Positions 8,454-17,897 of a stretch of 64,000 nucleotides of DNA are shown here, one piece after another. Origin of the DNA: Verrucomicrobiales bacterium. Lineage in GTDB: Bacteria > Verrucomicrobiota > Verrucomicrobiia > Verrucomicrobiales > SLCJ01. Position 1 is the stretch's first letter; every line of letters begins with the position of its first letter. Under the pieces are notes generated by a model, which searched no databases, was not told the DNA's origin, and saw nothing but the letters and a program-made list of their open reading frames with translations. A program made the position numbers and the translations under genes. The DNA is taken from the NCBI GenBank assembly GCA_046075565.1, contig JBJTQJ010000025.1, forward strand, positions 1-64,000, given 5' to 3'.

Positions 8454-9788
8454 ATGAATATCACCATCAATAAGAAGCCCAACTGCGAGGCCGAACTCCA
8501 CATCGAAGTGGACTCCGCCGCCGTGCGCACCCGCCGCCAAGCCATCGTCCACCGCTACCAGCAGTTGGCCAAAATCCCCGGCTTCCGTCCCGGCAAAACA
8601 CCATTGCCGGTCGTCGAAAAGCGGTTCGCCCGCGAAATCGATGGTGAATTGCGCGAGGCCCTCGTGGGAGACGGTTGCCGCGAGGCCGCTTCCGAACACA
8701 AGCTGTCGGTCATCAGCGTGCGTGATGTGCGCGACGACACCTTCCAGCCCGATGGAAATTTCTCCTTCACCGCCGACCTCACACTCGAGCCCGACATCAC
8801 GCTTCCCGAATACAAGGGCATCGAAGTCACCGCTCCCCGCGTGGAAGTAACCGACGAAATGGTCGAAGCTCGCCTCGAAGAGCTGCGGAAAAATTTCGCC
8901 ACCTACAATGATGTGACCGGCCGCGCCGTCGCCACCGGCGATATCGCCATCGTCTCTTATTCCGGCACCGTGGGTGGTGTGCCGGTCGCGGAAGTGGCCG
9001 AGAACGCGCATCTTTCCGTCAAAGGTTCGGAAGATTATTGGGTGCGTATGGAAGATGGCAGCTTCCTTCCCGGATTTATCGGCCAGATCGAGGGCATGGA
9101 AATCGGTGCCCAACGCGAAGGCGTGAAGGTCAATCTCGATGAGAACTATCCCATCGCCGAACTCGCGGGCAAAGAGGTCGAGTATGCGGTTACCCTCAAA
9201 GGCATCAAGGAGCAAGTGCTGCCGGAAGCCGACGACACCTTCGCCCAGCGCCTGCTGCCCGGCAAAACCATGACCGACCTGCGCGACACCCTGCGTTCGC
9301 GCCTTACCGACGAAGTGACCGAACGCCGCCGTTCCCTCATCGTCGATCAGATCATGGGCTTCCTCAACAACTCCACCGAAACCGAACTCCCGCCCGAGTT
9401 GCTCCAGCGCGAAACCCAGCGCCGCGTCGACGATCTGGTGGAACGCGGCATCCGCCAGGGCATGGAAAACGATGACCTCGAAGCGCAACAGGAACAAATC
9501 TTCGCGGCCGCCGCCGACCAGGCCAAAACCAATCTCAAGACCACGTTCATTCTCGAACAGATCGCCCGCAAGGAAGACATCTCGGTCAATGATCAGGAAT
9601 TGATCAACCGCATTGCCTGGGTCGCGCAACGCAACAACAAGCCGCTTAAAAAATTCGTCAACGATCTCAAGCGCGACAATGCCATCCCCGGCATCCGCGG
9701 ACAAATGCTCATCGGCAAGGCCATCGACTTCCTCGTGCTCAATGCCAAGGTGAACGAAGCCGCGCCCGAAACCGCCGGCGAAGCGTAA
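8454..9788 (+). CDS. tig: Trigger factor
   Basis: IPGFRPGK signature; upstream of clpP. Confidence 0.96.
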   Translation: MNITINKKPNCEAELHIEVDSAAVRTRRQAIVHRYQQLAKIPGFRPGKTPLPVVEKRFAREIDGELREALVGDGCREAASEHKLSVISVRDVRDDTFQPDGNFSFTADLTLEPDITLPEYKGIEVTAPRVEVTDEMVEARLEELRKNFATYNDVTGRAVATGDIAIVSYSGTVGGVPVAEVAENAHLSVKGSEDYWVRMEDGSFLPGFIGQIEGMEIGAQREGVKVNLDENYPIAELAGKEVEYAVTLKGIKEQVLPEADDTFAQRLLPGKTMTDLRDTLRSRLTDEVTERRRSLIVDQIMGFLNNSTETELPPELLQRETQRRVDDLVERGIRQGMENDDLEAQQEQIFAAAADQAKTNLKTTFILEQIARKEDISVNDQELINRIAWVAQRNNKPLKKFVNDLKRDNAIPGIRGQMLIGKAIDFLVLNAKVNEAAPETAGEA

Positions 9789-9839
9789 TTCCTTCCCGAC
9801 CGCCCGCACCGGGCCCGACAACACAACCTTTCATCCGCC

Positions 9840-10505
9840 ATGAATTCCAACGGTCCTCTCCAGCCCATCTACAACCTGCCGCCCCACCTCGAACGCCGCG
9901 CCGCCGACGTGCGCGGGGTGAGTGTGATTGAAAAAGAAGGTGGCACGCTCATCCAGTTCGATCTGCTGAGCCGCCTGATGAAAGACCGTATCATTTTCAT
10001 CGGCGAACAAGTCAGCGACCCGCTCGCCAACTACGTCATCGCCCAGATGCTCTACCTGCAAATGCAGGATCCGAAAAAAGACATCAGCATTTACATCAAT
10101 TCGCCCGGGGGATCCGTGACCGCCGGCCTCGCGATCTACGACACCATGCAGTTCGTGACCTGCGATGTGAATACCTACTGCATGGGCATGGCCGCGAGCA
10201 TGGGCTCGGTGCTGCTCACCGCCGGCACCAAAGGCAAACGCTTCGCCCTGCCCAACGCGCACATCATGATCCATCAGGTCAGCGGCGGTGCCCAGGGCAC
10301 GGCCAGTGATGTCGAGCGCACCGTGGAATTCATGTATTCGCTCAAACGCCGCCTCAATGCCATCCTCGCCAAACACACCGGCAAGACTATCGAGGAGATC
10401 GAACGCGATTCCGACCGCGACAATTACATGACCGCCGAACAGGCCGCCGCCTACGGCCTCGTCGACCGCGTGCTCGAAAACCGCAAGGACGCGCCCGCGA
10501 CTTGA
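9840..10505 (+). CDS. clpP: ATP-dependent Clp protease proteolytic subunit
   Basis: YINSPGGSV, AASMG (catalytic Ser), MIHQ (His) and DRDNYM. Confidence 0.97.
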   Translation: MNSNGPLQPIYNLPPHLERRAADVRGVSVIEKEGGTLIQFDLLSRLMKDRIIFIGEQVSDPLANYVIAQMLYLQMQDPKKDISIYINSPGGSVTAGLAIYDTMQFVTCDVNTYCMGMAASMGSVLLTAGTKGKRFALPNAHIMIHQVSGGAQGTASDVERTVEFMYSLKRRLNAILAKHTGKTIEEIERDSDRDNYMTAEQAAAYGLVDRVLENRKDAPAT

Positions 10506-10620
10506 TCCGGGTGCCGGGATGGCGATTGGATTGCCTTCGGTCACTCCTCATTGGAGATAGATTCCCGACCCCCGCCAAGCCGGGTGGTTCGGTGTTGTTC
10601 TCCCCGGCCTCCATTCACCC

Positions 10621-11121
10621 ATGTCCCTCGTGCATCAGCTTGAGGACCGGGAGTTCCGGGTCCCGGAACTCAAGGCGATCTGGCTGGCCAGACGAGGAAA
10701 GCCCTTCCTCAGAGAGGTCGTGCGCGCACTGGATGGTCTCGATGAAGATTCGGCATGGCGGGCCCTGTGGTTGATCAAACGGCAAGCCATGGAAAGTCCT
10801 CTGGAGAAGGCATTGCTCATAGACCTTGCCAAACGATCTCCGGGCTTCCGAGAATGGCGAGCCCGACTGACCCTTTGCCAATTGTTCTCCATCACTGGTT
10901 ATCCTTCTCCTAGCCGGGAAATCTTGGTGCCATGGCTGGAGCAATGTTTCCTCGATCGCCGGGTCATCGTGCGCGCCTGGGCTGTTTCGGCGCTTTGGCA
11001 CTTGCGCGAAGATCGCCCTCACCGCCACGTATGGGAAAAATGTTTTGCCCAGGCCTCTACCGAAGACGCTCCGTCCATGCGGGCGAGATTGAGGCGATTG
11101 GAAAAGCCTCAGGGCCTATAG
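10621..11121 (+). CDS. Hypothetical protein, HEAT/ARM-like helical repeats
   Basis: 166 aa helical ORF with a VIVRAWAVSALWHL-type repeat motif. Confidence 0.6.
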   Translation: MSLVHQLEDREFRVPELKAIWLARRGKPFLREVVRALDGLDEDSAWRALWLIKRQAMESPLEKALLIDLAKRSPGFREWRARLTLCQLFSITGYPSPSREILVPWLEQCFLDRRVIVRAWAVSALWHLREDRPHRHVWEKCFAQASTEDAPSMRARLRRLEKPQGL

Positions 11122-11213
11122 ATTATACTGTCTTCCGCGAAGAAAACCACGGCTACTGATAATTTTCGGAAGGAAGAACCGGTCATCCGGAAGTTGAGCG
11201 GCGCATGTTTTCT

Positions 11214-11474
11214 CCGTTGGAGTTCGGGCTTTAGCCCGTCGTGTGGCCTTCATTGACGATTGAAGATCGAAGATTTCCGATTTCTTGAAAACCTCTGGAT
11301 GCCAAGGACTAGAGCGCAGAAGATCTTAATCTTGAAAGGAGCATGAACCACAGATTTCACAGATGAACACGGATTTTCGAGAAATGGAAAAGTATTCACC
11401 GCGCATCTTGTGGATGACCAATTCTTCTTTCACAACATCCTCGGCATCTGTGCTTTCTGTGTAATCTGTGGTTC
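11214..11474. repeat. Composite dispersed repeat, copy 1 (REP-like hairpin + 7-nt periodic arm + 9-nt periodic inverted repeat)
   Basis: Shares several near-identical blocks with 50598-50748. Contains the inverted repeat gaaccacagatttcacagatgaacacggat (11345-11374) / atctgtgctttctgtgtaatctgtggttc (11446-11474). Confidence 0.85.
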
Positions 11475-11739
11475 CTAATTCTGAAGTTACGTTGTTTGTT
11501 GATTCCTGATTTCCCGAAGACTATGTTCGCTGTAAAACCCCCTACTTGAATGATGACCAAGAAGAAGATCATCCTCCTGAATTCAGCGTGGATGGCAGTG
11601 GCAATCGTCGCGTGAAGCGTCCCGCTTAGGGTCTCGCTGCCCACCAAGCATTCCTTGACGAACTCGGCGTAGTCCTCAAAAAACGATTTGATGAACTGCT
11701 CAACAGCCGGGACGAATCAAGTGGTCCGAAGAACCAAAC

Positions 11740-13728
11740 TCACCCCAACCGCTCCAGCACGGCGGCGGCGACGCGTTCCGGGGTGATGGCGTGCATACAG
11801 CGCAAATCGAGCGGGCATGTGCGCAGGAAGCAGGGGCTGCATTCGACGTGCTCGCGGAGGATGAGGTGTTGTTTGCCCATGGGGCGGGTCCATGCGGGTT
11901 CGGTGGAACCGAAGATGGCGATGACGGGCACACCGAGCAAGGCGGCGAGGTGCATGGTGCCGGTGTCGTTGCTAACAAGAAGCTGACACCCGCGCAGCTC
12001 GTCGATCAAGCCGGCGAGGCTGGTTTTTCCGACGAGATTGCGGCAGCGCCCCTCCAGTTGTTTTTCCAGTTCGGCACCGAGTTCCTTTTCTCCCGGCGCG
12101 CCGAAGAGGTTCCACTCGATGGCATCACCGCGGGTCTCGAGCACCGCTTTCGCCATGGCCGCGAATTTTTCGAGGGGCCAGCGTTTGGCGGGACCGTATT
12201 CGGCTCCGGCACAGAGTCCGATACGGATGGGCGTGACAGACGCTGGAGGTTGTCCTGCCGGGCGAGGAATGGGATCGAAGAGGTCGCGCTGTGAACAATC
12301 CGCCCCGACGCGATGCGCGATCTGGAGGTAGTATTCAACATGGTGGCGGGGTGGTCCGATGTGTTCCTTCGGCGGGATCACCTGATCGAGAAAAAGTTTC
12401 CGCCAGCTTTTGGCATAACCGATCACACGATCCACACCGCCAAAGGCCATTTCCATGGCGACGCGCGGACTGTTCGGCAGAAGAACACCTGCATCGAAGG
12501 GGCCGGCCGCTCGCGTTTTCTTCGCCACGGCAAAGACTCTTTCTTTTCCCTCGCGTGTGACGATGCCATCCACTTCCGGCAAGGCTTTCCAAAACTCGGC
12601 GAGTTTGCCGGGACAAAGAATGGTCAACTCCAGATCGGGGCGGCCGCGTTTGAGGGCGCGCACGGCGGGCACGGCCATACAGGCATCGCCGAGCCAATTG
12701 GGTGATCGCACGATGAGCCGGAATGGCTGCAACGATTGGCCGGCCGGCGGGAGTTGCCATCCGCGTTTGTGGCCTTGGATGAGAAAAGCCGGTTCAGGAG
12801 TTTTCCAGCGATTGTGCACCCAGAATCCATCGGCAGGAGAACGGCGCAGCATCAACTCGACCGCACGGTTCATGACCGGCAGGCCATTTTCGATGGGACC
12901 ACTTTCGGGTGGAAGCAACGGTTCAAGGGTGATCCGCCAATGGCCGGGTTTGGTCGTTTCGATTCCGGCCGCAACCAGAGCGGATTTTGTTTTCCGGGCC
13001 AGCAGCAAGGGTAGGGTGGTGGTGGAGGCGAGGCGTCCGAAGAAGGGGGAGAAAATGCCCGCGTCACCGGCGTGTTGGTCGGTAAGCACGCCGACGAGTC
13101 CGCCTTCGCGGAGAAGTGCGATGGCTTGTTGGAATCCTTCCTTGCGGCTGAAGAGGTGGTGGCCGTTGCGGACACGCGTGCGGCGGACATGTTCGTCGAG
13201 CAATGGATTGGAAAGGGCCTGGTAGATGGCACCGGCCGGGCGATTCGGCGGGAGATAAGCACGGGTGTGGATGAAGAGTTCCCACGGGCCGACATGGGCG
13301 AGCACGAAGACCACGCCGCGTCCACCGCGGTTGGCTTCGAGAACGTGTTCGAGTCCGACCACCTCGATGCGGCGGGACATTTCTTCCGCAGACATGGTGG
13401 GCATGCGCAGGCTGCAAAGCAAATTCTGGCCGAGCTGGGCGGCGTGCTGCCAGAGCAAGCGGGAGTGTGCGGCGGTGTCCATTTCCCCGCCAAAGGCGAT
13501 GCGCAGGTTGCGGGCGGCGAGTTTCCGGTACGTCGGGCTGAAAAAAAGAAACAATCGTCCGCCGAGCGAGCCGAGGGTGGCCACCGCACCCATCGGGAGC
13601 AAAGAGAGGGCGAATTCGGTGGAGCGGAACGCGAAATAGGCCAGGCGATCCACGAACCCGGGGCCGGTCGATTTCGCTTCAAGCGCGGCGTCTTCCCCGG
13701 GCTCATGGGCTGGTGGGGAATCGCTCAT
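11740..13728 (-). CDS. waaF: Fusion: lipid A acyltransferase (LpxL/HtrB-like) + ADP-heptose:LPS heptosyltransferase II (WaaF, GT9)
   Basis: N-half has HVGPWE, DQHAG and FWVHNRWK. C-half has RSPNWLGD, GAEYGPAKRWP and SNDTGTMHLA. One continuous ORF. Confidence 0.9.
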   Translation of the reverse strand: MSDSPPAHEPGEDAALEAKSTGPGFVDRLAYFAFRSTEFALSLLPMGAVATLGSLGGRLFLFFSPTYRKLAARNLRIAFGGEMDTAAHSRLLWQHAAQLGQNLLCSLRMPTMSAEEMSRRIEVVGLEHVLEANRGGRGVVFVLAHVGPWELFIHTRAYLPPNRPAGAIYQALSNPLLDEHVRRTRVRNGHHLFSRKEGFQQAIALLREGGLVGVLTDQHAGDAGIFSPFFGRLASTTTLPLLLARKTKSALVAAGIETTKPGHWRITLEPLLPPESGPIENGLPVMNRAVELMLRRSPADGFWVHNRWKTPEPAFLIQGHKRGWQLPPAGQSLQPFRLIVRSPNWLGDACMAVPAVRALKRGRPDLELTILCPGKLAEFWKALPEVDGIVTREGKERVFAVAKKTRAAGPFDAGVLLPNSPRVAMEMAFGGVDRVIGYAKSWRKLFLDQVIPPKEHIGPPRHHVEYYLQIAHRVGADCSQRDLFDPIPRPAGQPPASVTPIRIGLCAGAEYGPAKRWPLEKFAAMAKAVLETRGDAIEWNLFGAPGEKELGAELEKQLEGRCRNLVGKTSLAGLIDELRGCQLLVSNDTGTMHLAALLGVPVIAIFGSTEPAWTRPMGKQHLILREHVECSPCFLRTCPLDLRCMHAITPERVAAAVLERLG

Positions 13729-13794
13729 CGCCGATAGGGCCGGGATGCGGCCGACTGCAAGGCGCGGTGGCCCGACAGTTTCAGGTCATTGCAC

Positions 13795-14373
13795 TCAGGG
13801 TTGTTGGCCAGATGGGGCCGGAACTTCAGGAGTCGACGGGGCTGGGGCGGCGGGGTCTGTGGCCGGCGGGGTTCCCGCGGCGGGCGGGGTGACCTCGATA
13901 GGCGGTGTCGCGGCGGGAGCGGCAGGGGCCGCAGGAGTTTCAGCGGCGGGAGTGCCTGGAGTTGGAGCCGCCGGAGTTTCCGGAGGCGAAGGAGGTGGCG
14001 GGACCGGGGCATCCACCGGAGCACCGGGGGAAGTGGCGGGGGGGGTGCCGGGGACCGGAAGACCGGGAACGGCCGGGGCGGTCGCGGCAGCGGGTACCGG
14101 GGTGGTGAGTAGTTTGGAAGCCTGTTTGGCCTTGGTTTGCTGGACCATCAACACCGCGATGATGATGGTATTGGCAAAGAAGATGATGGAGAGCCAGACG
14201 GTGCCCTTTTGCAGGACATTCGTGGCCTGAGCGCCGAACATCTGCTCGCTCATGCCTCCGCCGAAGGATGTGCCCAGACCTTCTTGGCGCGGCTTCTGCC
14301 ACATCACGATGAGGATGAGCAGCAAGGCCACGAAGACGTGGAGAATGGAAAGAATGGTGATGGCAATATCCAT
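13795..14373 (-). CDS. secG: Preprotein translocase subunit SecG with a Pro/Ala-rich tail
   Basis: Two TM helices flanking the QKPRQEGLGTSFGGG...FG loop. Confidence 0.92.
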   Translation of the reverse strand: MDIAITILSILHVFVALLLILIVMWQKPRQEGLGTSFGGGMSEQMFGAQATNVLQKGTVWLSIIFFANTIIIAVLMVQQTKAKQASKLLTTPVPAAATAPAVPGLPVPGTPPATSPGAPVDAPVPPPPSPPETPAAPTPGTPAAETPAAPAAPAATPPIEVTPPAAGTPPATDPAAPAPSTPEVPAPSGQQP

Positions 14374-14562
14374 GGGAGGGCAAATCTAGGCGGCAGGGCG
14401 TTTTTGTAAAGCCCGGAGTCGTTCCTTGCTCGGTCTCTCTTGGTCTTGAACGAGAGGGGTGTTTGGGTCGATTTTCGGATGCGAGGGGGCGCCGGGAACC
14501 GGGAGAGGGGGGAAACAGACTTTCGCTTGTCGGAGGGGCGGTTTTTGTCCCAAAGTAGGGGC

Positions 14563-16713
14563 ATGAGCGCCACCGATCCCGCCATCGTGTATGCCTTTCC
14601 CGCCACGGGCTTTCTGGCCCTGCCAAATCGGCTGGATTCGGGTTCCCTGCGTCTACTCGAGCCGAAACTCGCCGGCCGGCAGGTCTGGTATCTGGTCGAG
14701 GACGGGCACGCGCCCGCGCCGGACTTGGCGGGGACTCTGGCAAAAAGTGGCAAAGTGGTGGCCTTCGACCTGGATCCGGACGGATTCGAGGAGTTTGCCG
14801 ACAAACTGAACGGGCATTTCGCTTCCGGCGGAGTGGCGGTATATGTGCCCGGTCGGGCGATTGCCCGTCGCGGCACCCTCATGCATGGGCGGGCTGCCGC
14901 TTACCAACGTCTCCTGCTCTTCGCCCGCACCGTGGTGCCCGTATTGGTGGATAAACCCCGGGAAGGTCTGCTCGCCGTGGAGCGCTCCTCCGATGCTCCC
15001 GAGTCTGCCCTTCTCATCGGCCCGGCTCTCGAAGGAAGCGAGCACACCATGGGCCGGATTCATGAGAACTGGCTGCTGCTGTGGGCCGAGAGCTTTTCCC
15101 GGCGCGCGCTGCTCACGACGCATCTGGCCTATGCCATGCTGGCCGGCCTCAAACGCCACGGAGGCAAAACCGCCATCATTGATGGCATGGATGGATCGAA
15201 GCTTTCCTATGACCGCGTGCTCGCCGCATCCATTGCGTTGTCGCAACACCTGCGCACGCTCACCGACAAACAACGCGTCGGCATTGTTTTGCCTCCGGGC
15301 AAAGCCGGACTCATCGCGAATATCGCCGTGCTCTTAGCGGGCAAAATCCCCGTCAATCTCAACTACACGGCTGGCCCCGACGCCGTCGAGTCCGCCATCC
15401 GCCAGGCGGACATCGATCGCTTCATCACGGTGGATGCCTTCGTGCGCCGCATGCAGAAGTTCCCGTGGCCGCCGAACCGCGAATTGATCTTCCTCGAACG
15501 CGAACTGCCCGCGCTCAAGCCGAAGATGACCCGCTGGTTCATTCTGGGGAAACTCCTGCCCACCGCGCTGCTCGCCGCGCGCCTCGGAATTCCGAAAAAG
15601 GGCGGGGATAGCGAAGCGGTGTTGCTTTTCACGAGTGGGAGTTCGGGTGAACCGAAAGGCGTGCCGCTGAGCCACCGCAACGTGCTGGGCAATACCGCGC
15701 AGTTCGCTTCCCGCCTCGATTTCAAGGATGGCGACTCCCTGCTCGGCAGCCTGCCACTCTTCCACAGCTTCGGTTGCACCGTCACGCTCTGGTATCCGAT
15801 CATCGAGGGCATCAAACTCGTCACCTTCCCGAGTCCGCTCGAAGTGGATCGCATCTCCGCGCTGATCCATGAATACCGGGTGAATCTGCTCATCGCCACG
15901 CCGACCTTCTTGCGCGGATATCTGAAGAAGGCGAAACCCGAACAACTCGCCCCGCTGAAATTTGTGATCACCGGTGCGGAAAAACTTCCCCTCTCGCTCG
16001 CGGAAACCTTCGAGAAAAAATTCGGCCAGCGTGTACTCGAAGGATACGGACTCACCGAGACGAGCCCGGTCACGAATTTCAACCTGCCGAATCTCACCGG
16101 CGATGGATCGTCCGATGTCGTGCCCACGCACCGCATGGGTTCGGTTGGTCACTTCGTCCCCGGTCTTGCCGTGCGGGTGACTGATGCCGTCACCGAGGCG
16201 CCCCTGCCGCCGGATCAGAGCGGCATTCTCTGGTTCAAAGGCGCGAATGTTTTCGGCGGTTACCTGCATTGGGGATCGAAAAACCGCGAGGTCGTGCAAG
16301 AAGGCTGGTTCCGCACCGGAGACATCGGGCGCATCGACGACGATGGTTTCCTCTACATCGAAGGCCGCCTCTCGCGTTTCTCGAAGATCGGCGGCGAAAT
16401 GGTTCCCCACGAGCGTGTCGAGGAATACATCACGCGCGCGCTCGGTCTCGAGGGAGAAGACACACGCAAGATTGTCATCGTTGGCGTGCCCGATCCGGTG
16501 AAAGGCGAGGCGCTCGTGCTTCTCTCGACCATCGCCGGTGAATACCTCGAGCAGGAGATGATCGATCTGCGCTACCGCCTGCTTGGAATGAATGTTCCCG
16601 CCCTTTGGGTGCCGCGCAAACTCGTGAAGGTCGAAGACATCCCCGTGCTCGCCTCCGGCAAACTCGACCTCCGCGCATGCGAGGCCATGGCCAAACAGAT
16701 CGCGCATGGATAG
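14563..16713 (+). CDS. Aas-like acyl-ACP synthetase (AMP-binding) with a degenerate N-terminal acyltransferase-like domain
   Basis: FTSGSSGEPKG, EGYGLTE, TGDIG, RFSKIGGEM and SGKLD. Confidence 0.88.
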   Translation: MSATDPAIVYAFPATGFLALPNRLDSGSLRLLEPKLAGRQVWYLVEDGHAPAPDLAGTLAKSGKVVAFDLDPDGFEEFADKLNGHFASGGVAVYVPGRAIARRGTLMHGRAAAYQRLLLFARTVVPVLVDKPREGLLAVERSSDAPESALLIGPALEGSEHTMGRIHENWLLLWAESFSRRALLTTHLAYAMLAGLKRHGGKTAIIDGMDGSKLSYDRVLAASIALSQHLRTLTDKQRVGIVLPPGKAGLIANIAVLLAGKIPVNLNYTAGPDAVESAIRQADIDRFITVDAFVRRMQKFPWPPNRELIFLERELPALKPKMTRWFILGKLLPTALLAARLGIPKKGGDSEAVLLFTSGSSGEPKGVPLSHRNVLGNTAQFASRLDFKDGDSLLGSLPLFHSFGCTVTLWYPIIEGIKLVTFPSPLEVDRISALIHEYRVNLLIATPTFLRGYLKKAKPEQLAPLKFVITGAEKLPLSLAETFEKKFGQRVLEGYGLTETSPVTNFNLPNLTGDGSSDVVPTHRMGSVGHFVPGLAVRVTDAVTEAPLPPDQSGILWFKGANVFGGYLHWGSKNREVVQEGWFRTGDIGRIDDDGFLYIEGRLSRFSKIGGEMVPHERVEEYITRALGLEGEDTRKIVIVGVPDPVKGEALVLLSTIAGEYLEQEMIDLRYRLLGMNVPALWVPRKLVKVEDIPVLASGKLDLRACEAMAKQIAHG

Positions 16714-16737
16714 CCGCATGTTTGCCACGAGCTTCCC

Positions 16738-17892
16738 ATGACCGCGCGCACTTTATCCGCAGCCCCGCCCGTCGGCGGGACGGTGCGCCATCTTTACGTC
16801 CATATTCCCTTTTGCCATCGCATCTGTCCGTATTGCTCGTTCTATAAACACACGCCGGGAGCGACGGAAATGCAGGCCTTTGTTACGGGCCTGCTCGCCG
16901 AACTCGACCACCACCGGCGCGAACTCGATATCCGGCCGCAAACGATCTACTTCGGCGGAGGCACACCAAGCATGCTCTCTCCCAAACACACCGCCGCTTT
17001 GCTCGATGGCCTGCGTGGACGGCTCGATCTCGGCGAGCTGGCGGAATGGACTCTGGAAGCGAACCCCCGCACCTTCGATGTGGACAAGGCGCGCCAATGG
17101 ACGGAGGCCGGCGTCACCCGCGTGAGTCTGGGCGTGCAAAGCTGGAACCCGAAACACCTCGAAACATTGGGCCGCGATCACTCGCCGGAGGAAGCGGAAG
17201 AGGCATTCCACATCCTGCGCGAAGCGGGGATGCCGGTGGTGAATATCGATCACATGTTCGCCTTGCCCGGTCAGACACCCGACGAGTGGAAAGCCGATTT
17301 ACAAAACACGATTTTGTTAGAGCCGGATCACATTTCGACCTACAACCTGACCTACGAGGAAGACACCGAATTCATGAAGCGGTTCGAGCGGGGCGAATAC
17401 CATCAGGATCCCGATGCCGACGCCGTCTTCTTCGAACTGGCCCGTGATCATCTCCGTGCGGCGGGTTTCGAGCACTACGAGACATCCAACTTCGCACGCG
17501 CCGGCGACGCGAAGGATCGCCGTTCGGTCCACAACCGCGCCTACTGGGCCGGAGCCGATTACCTCGGGCTCGGTCCCGGGGCCGTCTCCACGGTCGGCGG
17601 GCAACGTTGGACCAGTCTCGCCGACACCGCCCGCTACATCGAATGTGTGGAACGCTTCGGCACGGCCGCCACCGGCATCGAGCCCCTCGGTCCCGAGGAA
17701 TGGCGACTCGAGCGCATAGCCCTCGGGCTCCGCACCAGCGAGGGCATCCCTATGGCCCTGCTCGCGGAGGATCGCCGCGAAAATCTAAGTACCTTGGAAA
17801 CCGAAGGCCTGCTTGTCCTGGATAATGAGCGCATCATTCTCACGGATCGCGGCCGCCTCCTTGTGGACAGCGTGGCCACCGCATTGGTCTGA
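16738..17892 (+). CDS. hemW: Radical SAM heme chaperone HemW
   Basis: LYVHIPFCHRICPYCSF, YFGGGTPS, YETSNF and HNRAYW. Confidence 0.9.
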   Translation: MTARTLSAAPPVGGTVRHLYVHIPFCHRICPYCSFYKHTPGATEMQAFVTGLLAELDHHRRELDIRPQTIYFGGGTPSMLSPKHTAALLDGLRGRLDLGELAEWTLEANPRTFDVDKARQWTEAGVTRVSLGVQSWNPKHLETLGRDHSPEEAEEAFHILREAGMPVVNIDHMFALPGQTPDEWKADLQNTILLEPDHISTYNLTYEEDTEFMKRFERGEYHQDPDADAVFFELARDHLRAAGFEHYETSNFARAGDAKDRRSVHNRAYWAGADYLGLGPGAVSTVGGQRWTSLADTARYIECVERFGTAATGIEPLGPEEWRLERIALGLRTSEGIPMALLAEDRRENLSTLETEGLLVLDNERIILTDRGRLLVDSVATALV

Positions 17893-17897
17893 CGCGG

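Noticed and set aside
11214-11474. CRISPR array or tRNA in the repeat-rich intergenic regions
   Set aside because: No equal-length direct repeats with unique spacers, no cas genes and no cloverleaf or T-loop motif seen.
11550-11740. Short signal-peptide-like ORF (MTKKKIILLNSAWMAVAIVA) and a downstream coding-like fragment
   Set aside because: Too short to assign; probably a gene remnant with no recognisable family.
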